DNA of 64,000 nucleotides, from NCBI GenBank assembly GCA_024137785.1, contig JAHRHZ010000050.1, positions 13,269,124-13,333,123 on the forward strand, read 5' to 3'. This DNA comes from Ginglymostoma cirratum. Taxonomy: Eukaryota. Numbering within the stretch: the stretch's first letter is position 1; every line of letters begins with the position of its first letter. Shown here in pieces: positions 51,861 to 63,861 of the stretch. The position numbers and the translations under genes are program-made. A model generated the notes under the pieces. It was not told where the DNA came from. It worked only from the letters and a program-made list of their open reading frames with translations, and did no database searches.

Positions 51861-52499
51861 TAATTAACTACTAATTATTTAATGCATCATTTTCCTTTAT
51901 TTATTTATTTATTTTATTAACCCAAACTCCAGTTCCTGTTCTATTTTAAACACTAGGGAGCAACATACCTTAACTCTTGCTCACTAAACAGCTAGTTTGA
52001 TCCGCTGTAGTAAAGTAAAAAAAATTCTTCCTGCAGGGTGAAAAGGTTAGATTAAGCTAAGAAACACCTCGTTGCTCTCTTCACTGAATACCCCAATTCT
52101 CAGCACTCTGTTCAAAGTTTAACTCAATGAAGTGTGGATTTAAAGGCTGTGGATCAACTGTTGTGTTTTCATTTCTTTAATGTTATACACTAAAATACCA
52201 GTGATTCATCAAAAATCAAAGTCTCAAAATCATATTGGCAGATAAATACGTTTATATGGCATTCCTTCATCTTTCATTTAACAGTGATATTAAACTATAA
52301 TAACCTCTGTGCTTTATTTTTGGGTATCATATGAATGCCCAAAATCAGTAATTTATACCCTTAAAAAGTTTAATGGTAAAACAAAACAACTGGAAACTAA
52401 AATTGTTCAATTAGTTTATTATTTTGCTGATAAGATTTTGGCACACCTTATAATTTGTCACTGTAATTAAATCTATCTAGTTTAGTGAGGTTCATGTCA

Positions 52500-52937
52500 G
52501 TGGGTCTTAATTATAGTCTTTTCAAACCTAAAGGGGTTGTGATCTCAAGCCACACTATTAGACTGGCGCTCGTGATCCAGGCTGATTCTGAGCTGTAGAA
52601 TGAAGGAGAGCTGCATTCTTAGTGCTATCTTATTTGTGATGAGATATAATGCCAATCCCAGCCTGCCTGATCCAGTGAATATAAGGAACCTCGTGACTTT
52701 ACTTGATGATGATTAGGTTTTGTCATTGTATCTTGCCCAATACTTATCTCTCAACCAACATCACTTGATCACCTAGATTTTATCTCATTACTGCTTGTGA
52801 GATTTATATACAAATTTAATACCCTGGTTCCTTACGCAGCCACTATGGCACTTCAAGGAGAATTGACTAATCCAAATGAATTAACAAACATTGTGAGGAC
52901 AGGATTGGCCTGACATAAATGCAAGTTCTTTCTTTAT
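52500..52937 (+). mobile_element. DeuSINE-like SINE, near full length
   Basis: tRNA-like head, Deu-like core (CCAATACTTATCTCTCAACCAACATCAC) and tail ATAAATGCAAGTTCTTTCTTT. Confidence 0.7.
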
Positions 52938-55900
52938 GATGTAATGCAGCAGATTTAACAAAAATATTTACGTATTTATGAACATTCAATGCTCCTGTAA
53001 AATAGGTGACTTTAAAATATCAGCGGTTTGTTTTCTTTGGGAACACGGTCCAGAGTCCTGTAAATTAAATCATTTTCTATTTACAGGGTATAGTATACTC
53101 ATTTTAAAATTGGGAGGAAATAACACTAGAAGGCAGCTAAACATGTTTTTATTGCTGTAGTCAATTTGGATATTGCCTAAGACATTCTGAAGTTGTCATT
53201 GTGCAAGTCTTCGCAAAAAATGAAGAACTTTGTACACTAAAATTATGATCTGTATTTATGTGTCAACACGAATCCAACATTGGTGGAAGATGTGAAGTTG
53301 AGGCAGCTAAGAGGTTAGGTTCAGGGTTGTGTTGTGGTTTATATAAGTCTATCATGTTGACTTTGTCTATTTTTCTGGAAGGAAACAATTTTCATTAAAT
53401 ATTTGTTTGCTCCAGTCCTTTGTCCTCACTCCTTCTGAGGAAGCAATTTATGGTCAGTGCTAACCAGCAAGAAGCCCGTTTTCCCTCAAGATCTTACTGA
53501 CATTTGAAAAAACCTTGCTGGATTAAAGGCACTCAGGCAAGCACTCACTGGAAACTTGCAGGCACAGCCTGACAGGTCTAATCTGTGCACAGCCAGTGAT
53601 TGAATGGCTCCAGGGCAGTGCAAGCTTGTAATACCTACAGGATCAAGCAGTCTTTTAATCAGGGAGCAGGCTCAGATTTTTCATTTTGCCCACTAATATT
53701 TTCAGTATCTACGATCTTCCAATCCTCTTTATTTAAAATGAAACACATTCTCAATAAATTCCTGTTTCGTTTTTTTTTCAAAATTCTCTTTAGAATGCAG
53801 AAACCACTCACCTATTTACCAAATTTTCTCTGGAACCTTGTGCTGGTTGAGCACAGAATGGACAAAGCTGAATTTATTAAAAATACTTACCCAGATTTCA
53901 CTCTTCATGCTATTAATTGTCAGTCGGAACATTCCCTTTTCTCTTTTTGTTTTGTTGTTGCTGTACTTTTTTGATATTAAGTTACAGAGCTCCTACAGAA
54001 TCTGTCTTTCATTCACTGCATTTTGTTTGGCAGAGAAGAGGAGAGCAGCTGATACCTTGAGCCGCACATAGTCATGGCAACAGGTGTGTGGCTATCAATT
54101 TAACACATATCTTGCTCAGCAATCCCATTTTTTATGTGAAGAAGCTTCCAATTCCCAGGATTCATATCTCTGCTGCTCAGTGCACTTTGCTGATGTTTCA
54201 TTCCAGGAAATAATTCCACATTCATGGATTGCTGCCACTGAGCAGAAATTGCCTTTACTGTTTCTTCATTTACAATGAAAAGTAATGGATAGGGAAAATG
54301 TGTCTATCCTCAGAATGCTGCATCATGGTAGCTATTCATTCAATGCTCCCACAGCCGTTTCTGCTCTTTTGTCTACCTGTTACGTGCGCAGTGACCTGGT
54401 GATTGGGATACAGGTTCAGCAGAATGGATGAAGCAGACAACTCTCACCTCAATTTATCTGACTTTCCCTCTACTTGGTAAAGGTCAGTGCCCAAGTAATG
54501 AAGGAAAAAATGACCCCAGTGCTTTTAAAAGTTCTCACTGTTTACCCTGTGCACAGTAGAAACAAAATTAAGGTAAAAACGGTAAAGAGAGTGAGTCTAA
54601 ACAAGAAATATTTGTGCTTTCAATGAGTGTTTCCCAAAACACTCCTTTATTCATGTGTACTCTTTATTAAATGATGGTGCAAAGTGAATGAGGGCTAGGA
54701 GAATGAGTGAGGAGGTCAGAGATGCACCCTGGTTCAACCAATGAGCCAGGTGTTTGTCCCTCTAGGCAAAATGTCTTTTTCATAGCATTGCAATAAAAGG
54801 TGCTTGTGTATTCCAAAGTGTAGCATTGAAGTGCAGAATCATATTGTATATGGATTGGAAACGTGGCATTGGTATGCAGTGAGATAGGTAAGTGACTGAT
54901 GCTAAACTCTGTGGGTGGTGGGAGCAGGAGGTAGCTGCTCATGGAGTATGCTGTGAGATATTGGAGACTCCCTACTAAGACGGATGCCTGGAGAGGCAAC
55001 ATGAACCGATCAGGCGGAAGTCAATTCAGTTTTTGAAACTGAGCAGGGAGGTGGGAATTCTGCTAGTGAATGGTGAAAAGCCAATTTGCAGCTATTTGCA
55101 TTCCATTAGTATGTAATCTTGCCTCATTAATATGCAGTTTCCCATTTTCCGGACTGCTGCATAGAAGCCAGACCCTGACACACTCTGTCATAAAAGTCAG
55201 AGTGCGTACCTGATAATCAGTGAGTGGTCCCTTTAATTTTCTTACCAGCTGCAATGTCCTCCAAGACCTGTTCACGGCAACACCTTCTGGAACCGGAAGT
55301 TAATTCTGCACAGTTTAGAGGGAATGTTGCTGGAGACTTCATTCAGCTGCTTGCTCTTCCAGTCCTCCAGCTTAGACAGCAGTCACCAACACCTCAGGGT
55401 ACACTCCACAGGTAACAACTTCCCATACCTAGGATCCACAGAGGTGCACTTGTATTTGCAATGAAGTGTCAGCCACGTCACCTATGTGCCCTTGTTGCTT
55501 TTGGCTCCCTTCCCACTACTTGCACAATGAAGGGCAGCCCCTAGCTGGCAGTGCTTAACCTGATGCAGGTCTAGGCTTTAAAGCTAGTGTTGGTGCTGGG
55601 AATCCTGAGTCGTCCCAGCTTTGTTGGAGTACTCCCATCTCTGGTGAGATGGGAGATAACATGAACAGGGCAGCATGGAGGCAAATTGCTGAGAATAATG
55701 TAAGGAAACTGACTTGGGCTCATAGAGAGAAACCCTCTATGAATCTTTGAAAATTGGCACTTGGCTGATATCTGATACATTTTGGCCCTTTGTATGGAGC
55801 TTTTATCTTTCGCTGCATCAGTTTGAGGAATTCACTGTTGTCAGTGAGACTGTGAAGAAATAGTGCTAAACCCAAACACGCATGAAATCAACTGTGTTCG

Positions 55901-56954
55901 TTGTCAGATCAGCTGTTTGCCTAACCCCTTGTGAGTAACTTTTCTGGATGGGACTCGAAAAGGTCATTGTCTGTGAGACAGTTAGCACCTATCCATTTCA
56001 AGACTTGTGCTCAGTATTGTGAATGTTTGTCTTGTTCCTCCTGTACATTGTTTTAATAACATCAGAATCGTAAACCTGACAATACCTTCTCAGCAGTAGA
56101 TTCTTAATAGCCTAGTGAGTGGTCCTAAATGATTCTAAAATGAAAAGTTCCATGCTCAAACTCTGGCTTCATGTGCAAGCCACAATTGTCCATGGCAACT
56201 TAGAAGGCCAGCAGTTGGCAATAATGCCCACTGTCTGAGGAGAGAGATATAATCAATGAAGATTACTATCTTGGCAACTCTTGCTAGAAAGTGTACATAC
56301 GTGGCCCAGATGAAGGCGGGATCAGACTTCGATTTTTGACCCTTGTACAAAATAATCTACCAGCAAATATTATTGATGCACAAATAATACAAGTAACTTC
56401 TTAGATGATGCTGAGGATTATTGAACCATGACAAGAATGAGTTAGCGCCTTATTTCAAAATTGGGAGAAATTTCTCCATTTGAACGATGCAGTACGTTAA
56501 CGAACATTACAAAAGCATTGACATCTATTGATCTTTCCCCTCCATTTAGATATGTCTGTTTATCCATCAGGGTTTTCCTGTATTAACTGTAGGTTAATTG
56601 AACACAAATTATATGTCAAACTTTGAGGGCTTAAGACAAAAATGTTGTTTTAACAGACTCCCTAAAGAGAGAGTTTAAGGTTTGTGGTTGCAGTGTTTGC
56701 TTTCCACACACATTTCTTCAAGATTAGTTCTGAAGTACTTGTTGAACAATGCCTGTCACTTACATGGCAATCCAGATATTTAAAGTGAAACTTAATGGAA
56801 CTGCCTACAGTTCCTGCTAATAGTAGAGAAGCAAGAAGTCCATTCCACAGTCTGAAAGCCGTTATGCCATGATGGCTTAACCGCAAATGAAATTATGGAG
56901 AATTGCCATTGGACTTCAGCCACATTACAAAACCAATTTCATAACAGCCTAATT

Positions 56955-57200
56955 TAGAATCATTAAAATTTGCAGAAGAGGAGGCCAGTCTGCTCAATGT
57001 GTTTATCGTGGCTCTTTAAAACAGCCACTCAAATAGCTGTCCTCTGCTGCTTTTTCACTGTAGCCTAGCCAGGAGAAAATAACTTCTTGCTATCTATTCT
57101 GTCAGGCCCCTTCATATTTTCTCCCTTATCTGGCCATCAACCTTGAAATCTTCAGGATGGTCTTTTTGACATAGCCCTAGACATAACTTTTATACATTTT
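56955..57200 (-). mobile_element. Degenerate CR1 3' fragment
   Basis: Reversed tail-like AGAATC...GCAGAAGAGGAGGCCA and CTATCTATTCTGTCAGGCCCCTTCATATTTT. Confidence 0.5.
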
Positions 57201-57236
57201 TAAGATACCCTGAGATCAGGAAAGATGTAGGAGCCT

Positions 57237-59017
57237 CTATTTGCTGAGGCCGGGCGCCAACTCTCCGACACCTCCTCCTACCGCCCCCTGGATCATGACC
57301 CCGCCCCCGAGCACCAAACCATCATCTCCCAAACCATCCACAACCTCATCACCTCAGGTGACCTCCCACCCGCCGCCTCCAACCTCATCGTTCCCCAACC
57401 CCGCACCGACCGCTTCTATCTCCTTCCCAAAATCCACAAACCTGAATGACCTGGTCGACCCATTGTCTCCGCCTGCTCCTGCCCCACCGAACTCATCTCC
57501 ACCTACCTAGACTCCCTCATCCGCTTAGCCGAACTCGTCCTCACTCTCAACAACTTCTCTTTCAATTCCTCCCACTTCCTACAGACAAAGCGGGTGGCCG
57601 TGGGTACCCACATGGGCCCAAGCTATGCCTGCCTCTTTGTAGGTTACGTGGAACAATCCGTACCTACACTGGCCCTAAACCCTACCTCTTCCTCCGTTAC
57701 ATTGATGACTGTATTGGCGCCGCCTCGTGCTCCCACGAGGAGCTCGAACAGTTCATCCACTTCTCCAACACCTTCCACCCCAACCTGAAGTTCACCTGGA
57801 CCATCTCCAACACTTCTCTCTCCTTCCTGGACCTCTCTGTCTCCATCTCGGGTAACCACCTAGAAGCCGATGTCCATTTCAAGCCCACTGACTCCCACAG
57901 CTACCTGGAATACACCTCTTCCCACCCACCTTCCTGTAAAAATGCCATCCCCTATTCCCAATTCCTTCGCCTCCGCCGCATCTGCTCCCAGGATGAGACA
58001 TTCCACTCCCATACATCTCAAATGTCCTCATTCTTCAAGGACCGCAACTTCCNNNNNNNNNNNNNNNNNNNNNNNNNNNNNNNNNNNNNNNNNNNNNNNN
58101 NNNNNNNNNNNNNNNNNNNNNNNNNNNNNNNNNNNNNNNNNNNNNNNNNNNNNNNNNNNNNNNNNNNNNNNNNNNNNNNNNNNNNNNNNNNNNNNNNNNN
58201 NNNNNNNNNNNNNNNNNNNNNNNNNNNNNNNNNNNNNNNNNNNNNNNNNNNNNNNNNNNNNNNNNNNNNNNNNNNNNNNNNNNNNNNNNNNNNNNNNNNN
58301 NNNNNNNNNNNNNNNNNNNNNNNNNNNNNNNNNNNNNNNNNNNNNNNNNNNNNNNNNNNNNNNNNNNNNNNNNNNNNNNNNNNNNNNNNNNNNNNNNNNN
58401 NNNNNNNNNNNNNNNNNNNNNNNNNNNNNNNNNNNNNNNNNNNNNNNNNNNNTTTTCCCTCCCCACCCTTATCTGCCTTCCGGAGAGACCACTCCCTCCT
58501 CGACTCCCTTGTCCGCTCCACACTCCCCTCCAGCCCCACCACACCCGGCACTTTTCCCTGCAACCGCAGGAAGTGCTACACCTGCCCCAACACCTCCTCC
58601 CTCACCCCAATCCCAGGCCCCAAGAAGACTTTCCACATCAGGCAGAGGTTCACCTGCACATCTGCCAATGTGGTATACTGCATCCGCTGTACCCGTTGTG
58701 GCTTCCTCTACATCGGGGAAACCAAGCGGAGGCTTGGGGACCGCTTTGCAGAACACCCGCGCTCAGTTCGCAACAAACAACTGCACCTCCCAGTCGCGAA
58801 CCATTTCAATTCCCCCTCCCATTCCTCAGACGACATGTCCATCCTGGGCCTCCTGCAATGCCACAGTGATGCCACCCAAAGGCTACAGGAACAGCAAATC
58901 ATATTCAGCCTGGGAACCCTGCAGCCCAATGGTATCAATGTGGATTTCACAAGCTTCAAAATCTCCCCTCCCCCAACTGCATCCCAAAACCAGCCCAGCT
59001 CATCTCCACCTCCCTAA
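57237..59017 (+). pseudogene. Disrupted PLE reverse transcriptase / GIY-YIG endonuclease ORF
   Basis: FYLLPKIHK..GRPIVS, GTHMGPSYACLF, FLRYIDD, HPNLKFT, LSFLDL, CNRRKCYTC, NVVYCIRC..C..LYIGET.R.L..RF.EH, VA.HFN. Disruptions: TGA at 57447-57449, deletion at ~57515, frameshift at ~57660, N gap. Confidence 0.92.
58053..58452. other. Assembly gap (N run) inside the PLE
   Basis: Run of 400 n characters. Confidence 1.
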
Positions 59018-59286
59018 CCTGTTTTCCCTCTCGCCTATCCCCTCCTCCCACCTCAAGCCCCACCCCCATCTCCTATCTACTAACATCATCCCGCCCCCTT
59101 GACCTGTCCGTCCTCCCTGGACTGACCTGTCTCCTCCCTACCCCCCCACCTACACTCACCTTTACTGGCTCCATCCCTGCCTCTTCGACTTGTCTGCCTC
59201 CTCTCCACCTATCCTCTCCTCTATCCATCCTCTATCCGCCTCCCCCTCTCTCCCTATTTATTTCAGAACCCTCTTCCCCTCCCCCA

Positions 59287-59320
59287 TTTCTGATGAAGGG
59301 TCTAGGCCCGAAATGTCAAG
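59287..59320 (+). ncRNA. Minimal hammerhead ribozyme motif in the PLE terminus, one CpG-type mutation in the palindrome
   Basis: UUU-CUGAUGA-A-GGG-UCUAGG-CCC-GAAA-UGUC-AAG. Confidence 0.7.
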
Positions 59321-61899
59321 CTTTCCTGCTCCTGTGATGCTGCTTGGCCTGCTGTGTTCATCCAGCTCTACACCTTGTTATCTAAGATGTAGGAGCCCTT
59401 TGGCTATGCTTCATGTGGCCAGGACTTAGACAAAGCGGCCAGGAAAAGCAGTCCCTTCGAGGAGATGAAAAGGAAACATTGGAATAATTTACAAAACAGA
59501 ACAGGAATGCTCATGTTATCTTACAGTACCGTAGACTCGTAGCTGATATTCCACTAATTTCTCCTTTGATTGATGATACCACCTTCATAATTTTTCATTC
59601 TTTCAAGGGGTATGTGCACCAGGTTTTGTAGTGCCCATTCACCGAGACAAAGAAAGTTACAGTTAAAATCTATTGTTTATTGAAACAAATGTTTCATAGT
59701 TGGGAGGGCAATCTGATCTTCTAGAAATGTCCATGCATGTATTTTCAGCTGAGGGCCAGAGCATGAATGGTGCAGAGACAGCGATGGTCAAATAGTCTGC
59801 TAAAATGCAAGAGTTTGACTAAACCGTGAGTGACCACTTGGATCAGATACTGGGGATAAATACTGGGCTGCTGATTCCCAGGCTGTGTGGAATCTTATAC
59901 CATTCTCTGTGGTGAGCTCGCTAATGGGGCCTGCAGAGAGCTACCCCTTTTCCCTTGTTGCCTTCTGCCCCCTGCCTCCATTGTAATTTGCAACCTTTGA
60001 CCCTCTTCCCAACAATGCTCATTCATGCCTTCTTCCCTCCACAATCCACGGCCTTTGGTAGTTGTAGTACCAGTGGGTACAGAAGGGCTACATGTGTCTG
60101 ACTGGCCACCAGCTCTGGAGACAGCACTGCCACTCTCCTGATAAGTGCCTATCTGGCACAAAATGCAGTAGGCATTAGAGGTAATATAGGACACACACTG
60201 TCTTTTGATTAGTGGTTTACACAGCTGTTACCTCTGCAAGATTTCACATGATATCATACTCTGGAGTGATTCGTTGCTTTCAAGGTAAAGGAAGAAAGTT
60301 GAAAATCAGATAGGTGAATATGATACTGTGCCTAACGGTTGGACCTAGCAAACACTGCTGTCATGGCTGACAATGAATGATCTGTTTTCAATTTCAGTGA
60401 GAAAGAAAACAAACGTGAACATTAAAAAAACATGTTTTTGCTCTATTTGGATATAATTAGCTAAAACTTGCTTCCAAGTCTTATCTGCACTGTTGTCAAC
60501 ATGAAAACATAACCTTGGCATGGCGTTAAATAGGGAGAAATTTTGAAGACAAACATTGTCCTGTTTTAAGATTTTGTGATTCAAACTACTATACTAAACA
60601 GGTAGATAAATTGTTCCTCTTCTAGAAAAAACTTCTAGAAGATTATCAAGTCTGTAACCACACTGCAAGTTATGATTTCCTGTCAATGCTGTCCGTGTGC
60701 AATAGTATCTCTGATACCTTCGAATTTCAACACAGTCACCTGCAGTTCTCTCCCATTATTCTGCTTTGAGGCGATGACATTACTTTCAGAGGTCAGAGGT
60801 ATAAGTTGACAACAGTGTTGTGGCAAGTTGACTGCAGTGTAGATTGCATTTGTATTCTATCAACAGCCTTAATAAAGCCTCTTTTCTATCTGTCTGCTGA
60901 TACTGGCCACAACAAGTAACAATGTGGCAGCTGAAATATCAACTGACTTCCACACAGAATGAGTTGTAATTTATCTGGTTTTTCTATGTTTTATGCTAGT
61001 TTCTGTTTCCAGGGGTGGGTGCATCTTTATAACGTTCACATTTGTTAAACTGATTTTGGATGAAAACTTCAGCTGTGTGAACTTACTCTTTATTCTAAAG
61101 ATGTTGAATGAAATATGATTCTCACATTAAATCACTCGTAAAAGCTAGACTCCGCAAATCACCCTCACTAGACAGGACCAAAGAGTAGAGAAGATGAACA
61201 ATAGTATATGAAAAATAGTCCTTTATATGTCTCAAAAGTACAGCCATTCAGCAGGACATACAGAAGATACTGATATCTGTGAAGATGGAAAAGAAATTAG
61301 TCCTTCATAATCTCAGTACATGCCAAAGTACTTTATATTGTTGGCAATTAAACTTTAAAAGGTTGTAATGTAGGAAATAAAGCCATTAAGTTGTCCAGTC
61401 CTGGAGTTTACAAGTTGTGTGTAAGATCCTTGTTTGGTGAGAGATATAACAAAAACTGAAGTGATCCAAACACATGCTGCACAATTCAGCAAGAATTGGT
61501 ATGGGACATAAACCTGAGCAACATCCTCAACCAAAGATCGGGAATGGTAATCACCAAAGCAAAGGAAGAAGACAAATAAACTGCGCGTATTCATACAATA
61601 TGGAATGGACTGGTGGGAACTGACAGTATCTGGTGCCCTCTGGAATGACAGAACACAAGGTAGTCATCCATGCAAACTACTAAGACCATTAGTTTCCAAG
61701 GCAGTGTGTCAATAATCATTTCCTGAGGACACTCCTACAATGGAGCAAGTTGCCAAAGGAAATAGTCACAGCTCCATTACTTGAACACCATAAGTCCCAT
61801 TTTACAATTGTTTCTGAATATCAATTAGCATCAGGACTACTGTTTTAACAAATAATGCCCAATTTTGCTAATATTACCCACATGAGTGTCGGTGGAACG

Positions 61900-62185
61900 T
61901 GGATATAAGTCTGTGATGTTGACACAACAAAAGCAGAAGCAAAATTTGTTCGGAGCAAGATTCCCCCAAACCATGATGTGAATGTGATGAAATCATCTGT
62001 TTTAATTATGTTAGTTAGATATAAATATGGGCTATTATAAATATAAATGTACAATAATTATAAATATATATTTATTATAAATATACATGTGGACGTACTG
62101 GGGTGACTGCCTTACTCTTTGCAAAATTGCCATGGGATCTGTATTGTACATCTGAGAGGAAAGATGAGATCATATTATTCTAATA
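61900..62185 (-). mobile_element. DeuSINE-like fragment containing an AT-rich expansion (~62020-62090); another tail fragment lies at ~61290-61450
   Basis: GCAAGATTCCCCCAAAC...TTGCCATGGGATCT...CATCTGAGAGG reversed core. Confidence 0.5.
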
Positions 62186-63194
62186 AACATCACCACTTTC
62201 AGGAGAAAGGAACAAATTGGAAAAGAAAAATGTAGTCAGTTTTTTTGCCGTAAAACTTCACATTTATTTTGTTTTCTTTTATTTATTTTCTTTTGCATTA
62301 TTGTTAATACTTACATGTTAAGGACAGAGGTAAAGTCATTTATAGGAATTTGTTCTGTTTAATTTAGTTGTTTATTTTATTGTACACATCCTGCAGGAAA
62401 ATGTATTTACAGCTCAATTACTATATCACTTTTTTTAATAGGATATAAAACAAAGTGTCAGCTTTTCCTTGGGATTGGAAGCTCCAGCTAGCAATGTAGC
62501 TGTGCAGTGCAGAAAGATTTACAGACTTGAGATCCAAGGCCGTAAAATTAAGGAGAATTCACCTGGCTATGACCTGAAAAGTAATTCTAAATGCTGACAA
62601 GTCAGCCTGTTTAGTCATGAAGCTGGGGACCATAGGAGGCTTCTATTTAGTACTGCAGTGAAAAAAAAAATTCAAAGAGCTAAGATTAAATAAGCAGAAA
62701 TCCACCTTTTTAAGATTTAAAGAAACGACCCACAATATTGAGCTCCTGGAGATCTTCACTTGTCTGAGACCAGTGCATGTGGAGTGAGGGGGTCAGCCTG
62801 AGTGATACATGTAAGGAAGAGCTGAAAAGACCTAACTGAAGGTTAAGAAAAGATCTACTTGATATTGAGCAGTGGAAAGTCCATGTGCAGGGTTATGTAG
62901 ACATCAGCTGATGCAGTATGGAAGCTAAGAGCTAAAGACTGATCCATGTAAGTGGTAATTCGATAGGAGGATTGCCAGATTTGAGAAGCTCATGTTTCAC
63001 TAATTAGTAACTCAGGATGTTAGAAGTATTATCATCTCCAGTTTCATGTTTCATTTCTCTTTAATATAAATGTACACAAGTGATACCTGATGTAAATCAA
63101 AGCCTAATGTTCCATACTTAGTAAAATATTAGTAATTTTGGAAAGATGGACTGAAAAGAAAATTAAGTGGAGTAGATCTGTTAATAGAGGATTA

Positions 63195-63420
63195 AATTAA
63201 TACAATCGGAGTCAATTAGCTGGTTGGATGATTTATGATGCAGAGTGATGCCTATCGCATGGGTTCAATTCCCGCATTGATTGAGGTTACCGTGCAGGTC
63301 CCACCTTCTCATCTTGCCCCTCAGGTTTAACCTCAGGTTAAACTCACCACCAGTCATCTCTCTGTAATGAGAGACCAGCCCTATGGTCTTCTGGGAGGAT
63401 GGTGAATTTACCTTCTCTTT
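63195..63420 (+). mobile_element. tRNA-derived SINE
   Basis: TTAGCTGGTTGG head remnant, B-box GGGTTCAATTCCC (63261-63273), SINE-like body. Confidence 0.6.
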
Positions 63421-63592
63421 ACATCAACATAGTTGAAATGAATACTGTTGGCTTGGAAGATCACGATGTAGAATCAGTTTGGGTGGAGATTAGAAAAATG
63501 AAAGGGAATAATTCACAGACCGGAGCAGTCTACAGGTCCTCCAACAGTAGCTATTCTGTAGAACAGATTATTTAGGAGGAAATAATGGGTGC

Positions 63593-63861
63593 TGAAAACA
63601 AAAAAATGCTGGAGATCACCGCGGGTCAGGCAGTATCCATGGAGAGAAAGCAAGTTAACGTTTCGAGTCTAGATGACTCTTCATCAGAGCTGACATGAAG
63701 TGTGGTGGGGACAGCATTTATGCTATAGGGTAGGAGTGGACTGCTGGGGGAGAAAGGGTGTTAGTAGTGCACATTAAATGATTGGAATGTGATAATGACA
63801 GAACAATGTCAGACTGGAAAGAACAGACAGTCCCACTGGAGTGGGAGGAGAGTAGAGAGGC
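63593..63861 (-). mobile_element. PLE terminal fragment of a third family
   Basis: AAATGCTGGAGATCACCGCGGGTCAGGCAGTATCC terminus, hammerhead, purine-rich UTR; imperfect TSD ATAATGGGTGC (63582-63592) / ATATTGGGTGC (63862-63872). Confidence 0.75.
63653..63691 (-). ncRNA. Minimal hammerhead ribozyme motif, third family
   Basis: AGCU-CUGAUGA-A-GAGUC-AUCUA-GACUC-GAAACGUU-AACU: perfect 5-bp stem II, palindromic AACGUU, 3/4-bp stem I. Confidence 0.78.

Larger units (their letters stand above)
57236..59383 (+). mobile_element. Penelope-like retroelement (Neptune-type), 5'-truncated and defective, with 14-bp TSD
   Basis: RT, Cys linker and GIY-YIG remnants plus a pyrimidine-rich 3'UTR/pLTR with hammerhead; AAGATGTAGGAGCC at 57222-57235 and 59384-59397. 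Confidence 0.95.

Noticed and set aside
57446-59017. 523-aa ORF as an intact protein
   Set aside because: The first ~70 residues are out of frame with the RT, it spans 400 Ns, and the element has a stop, a deletion and a frameshift
62600-63000. CR1 ORF1 remnant upstream of the endonuclease fragment
   Set aside because: Plausible by position but too decayed to support by eye
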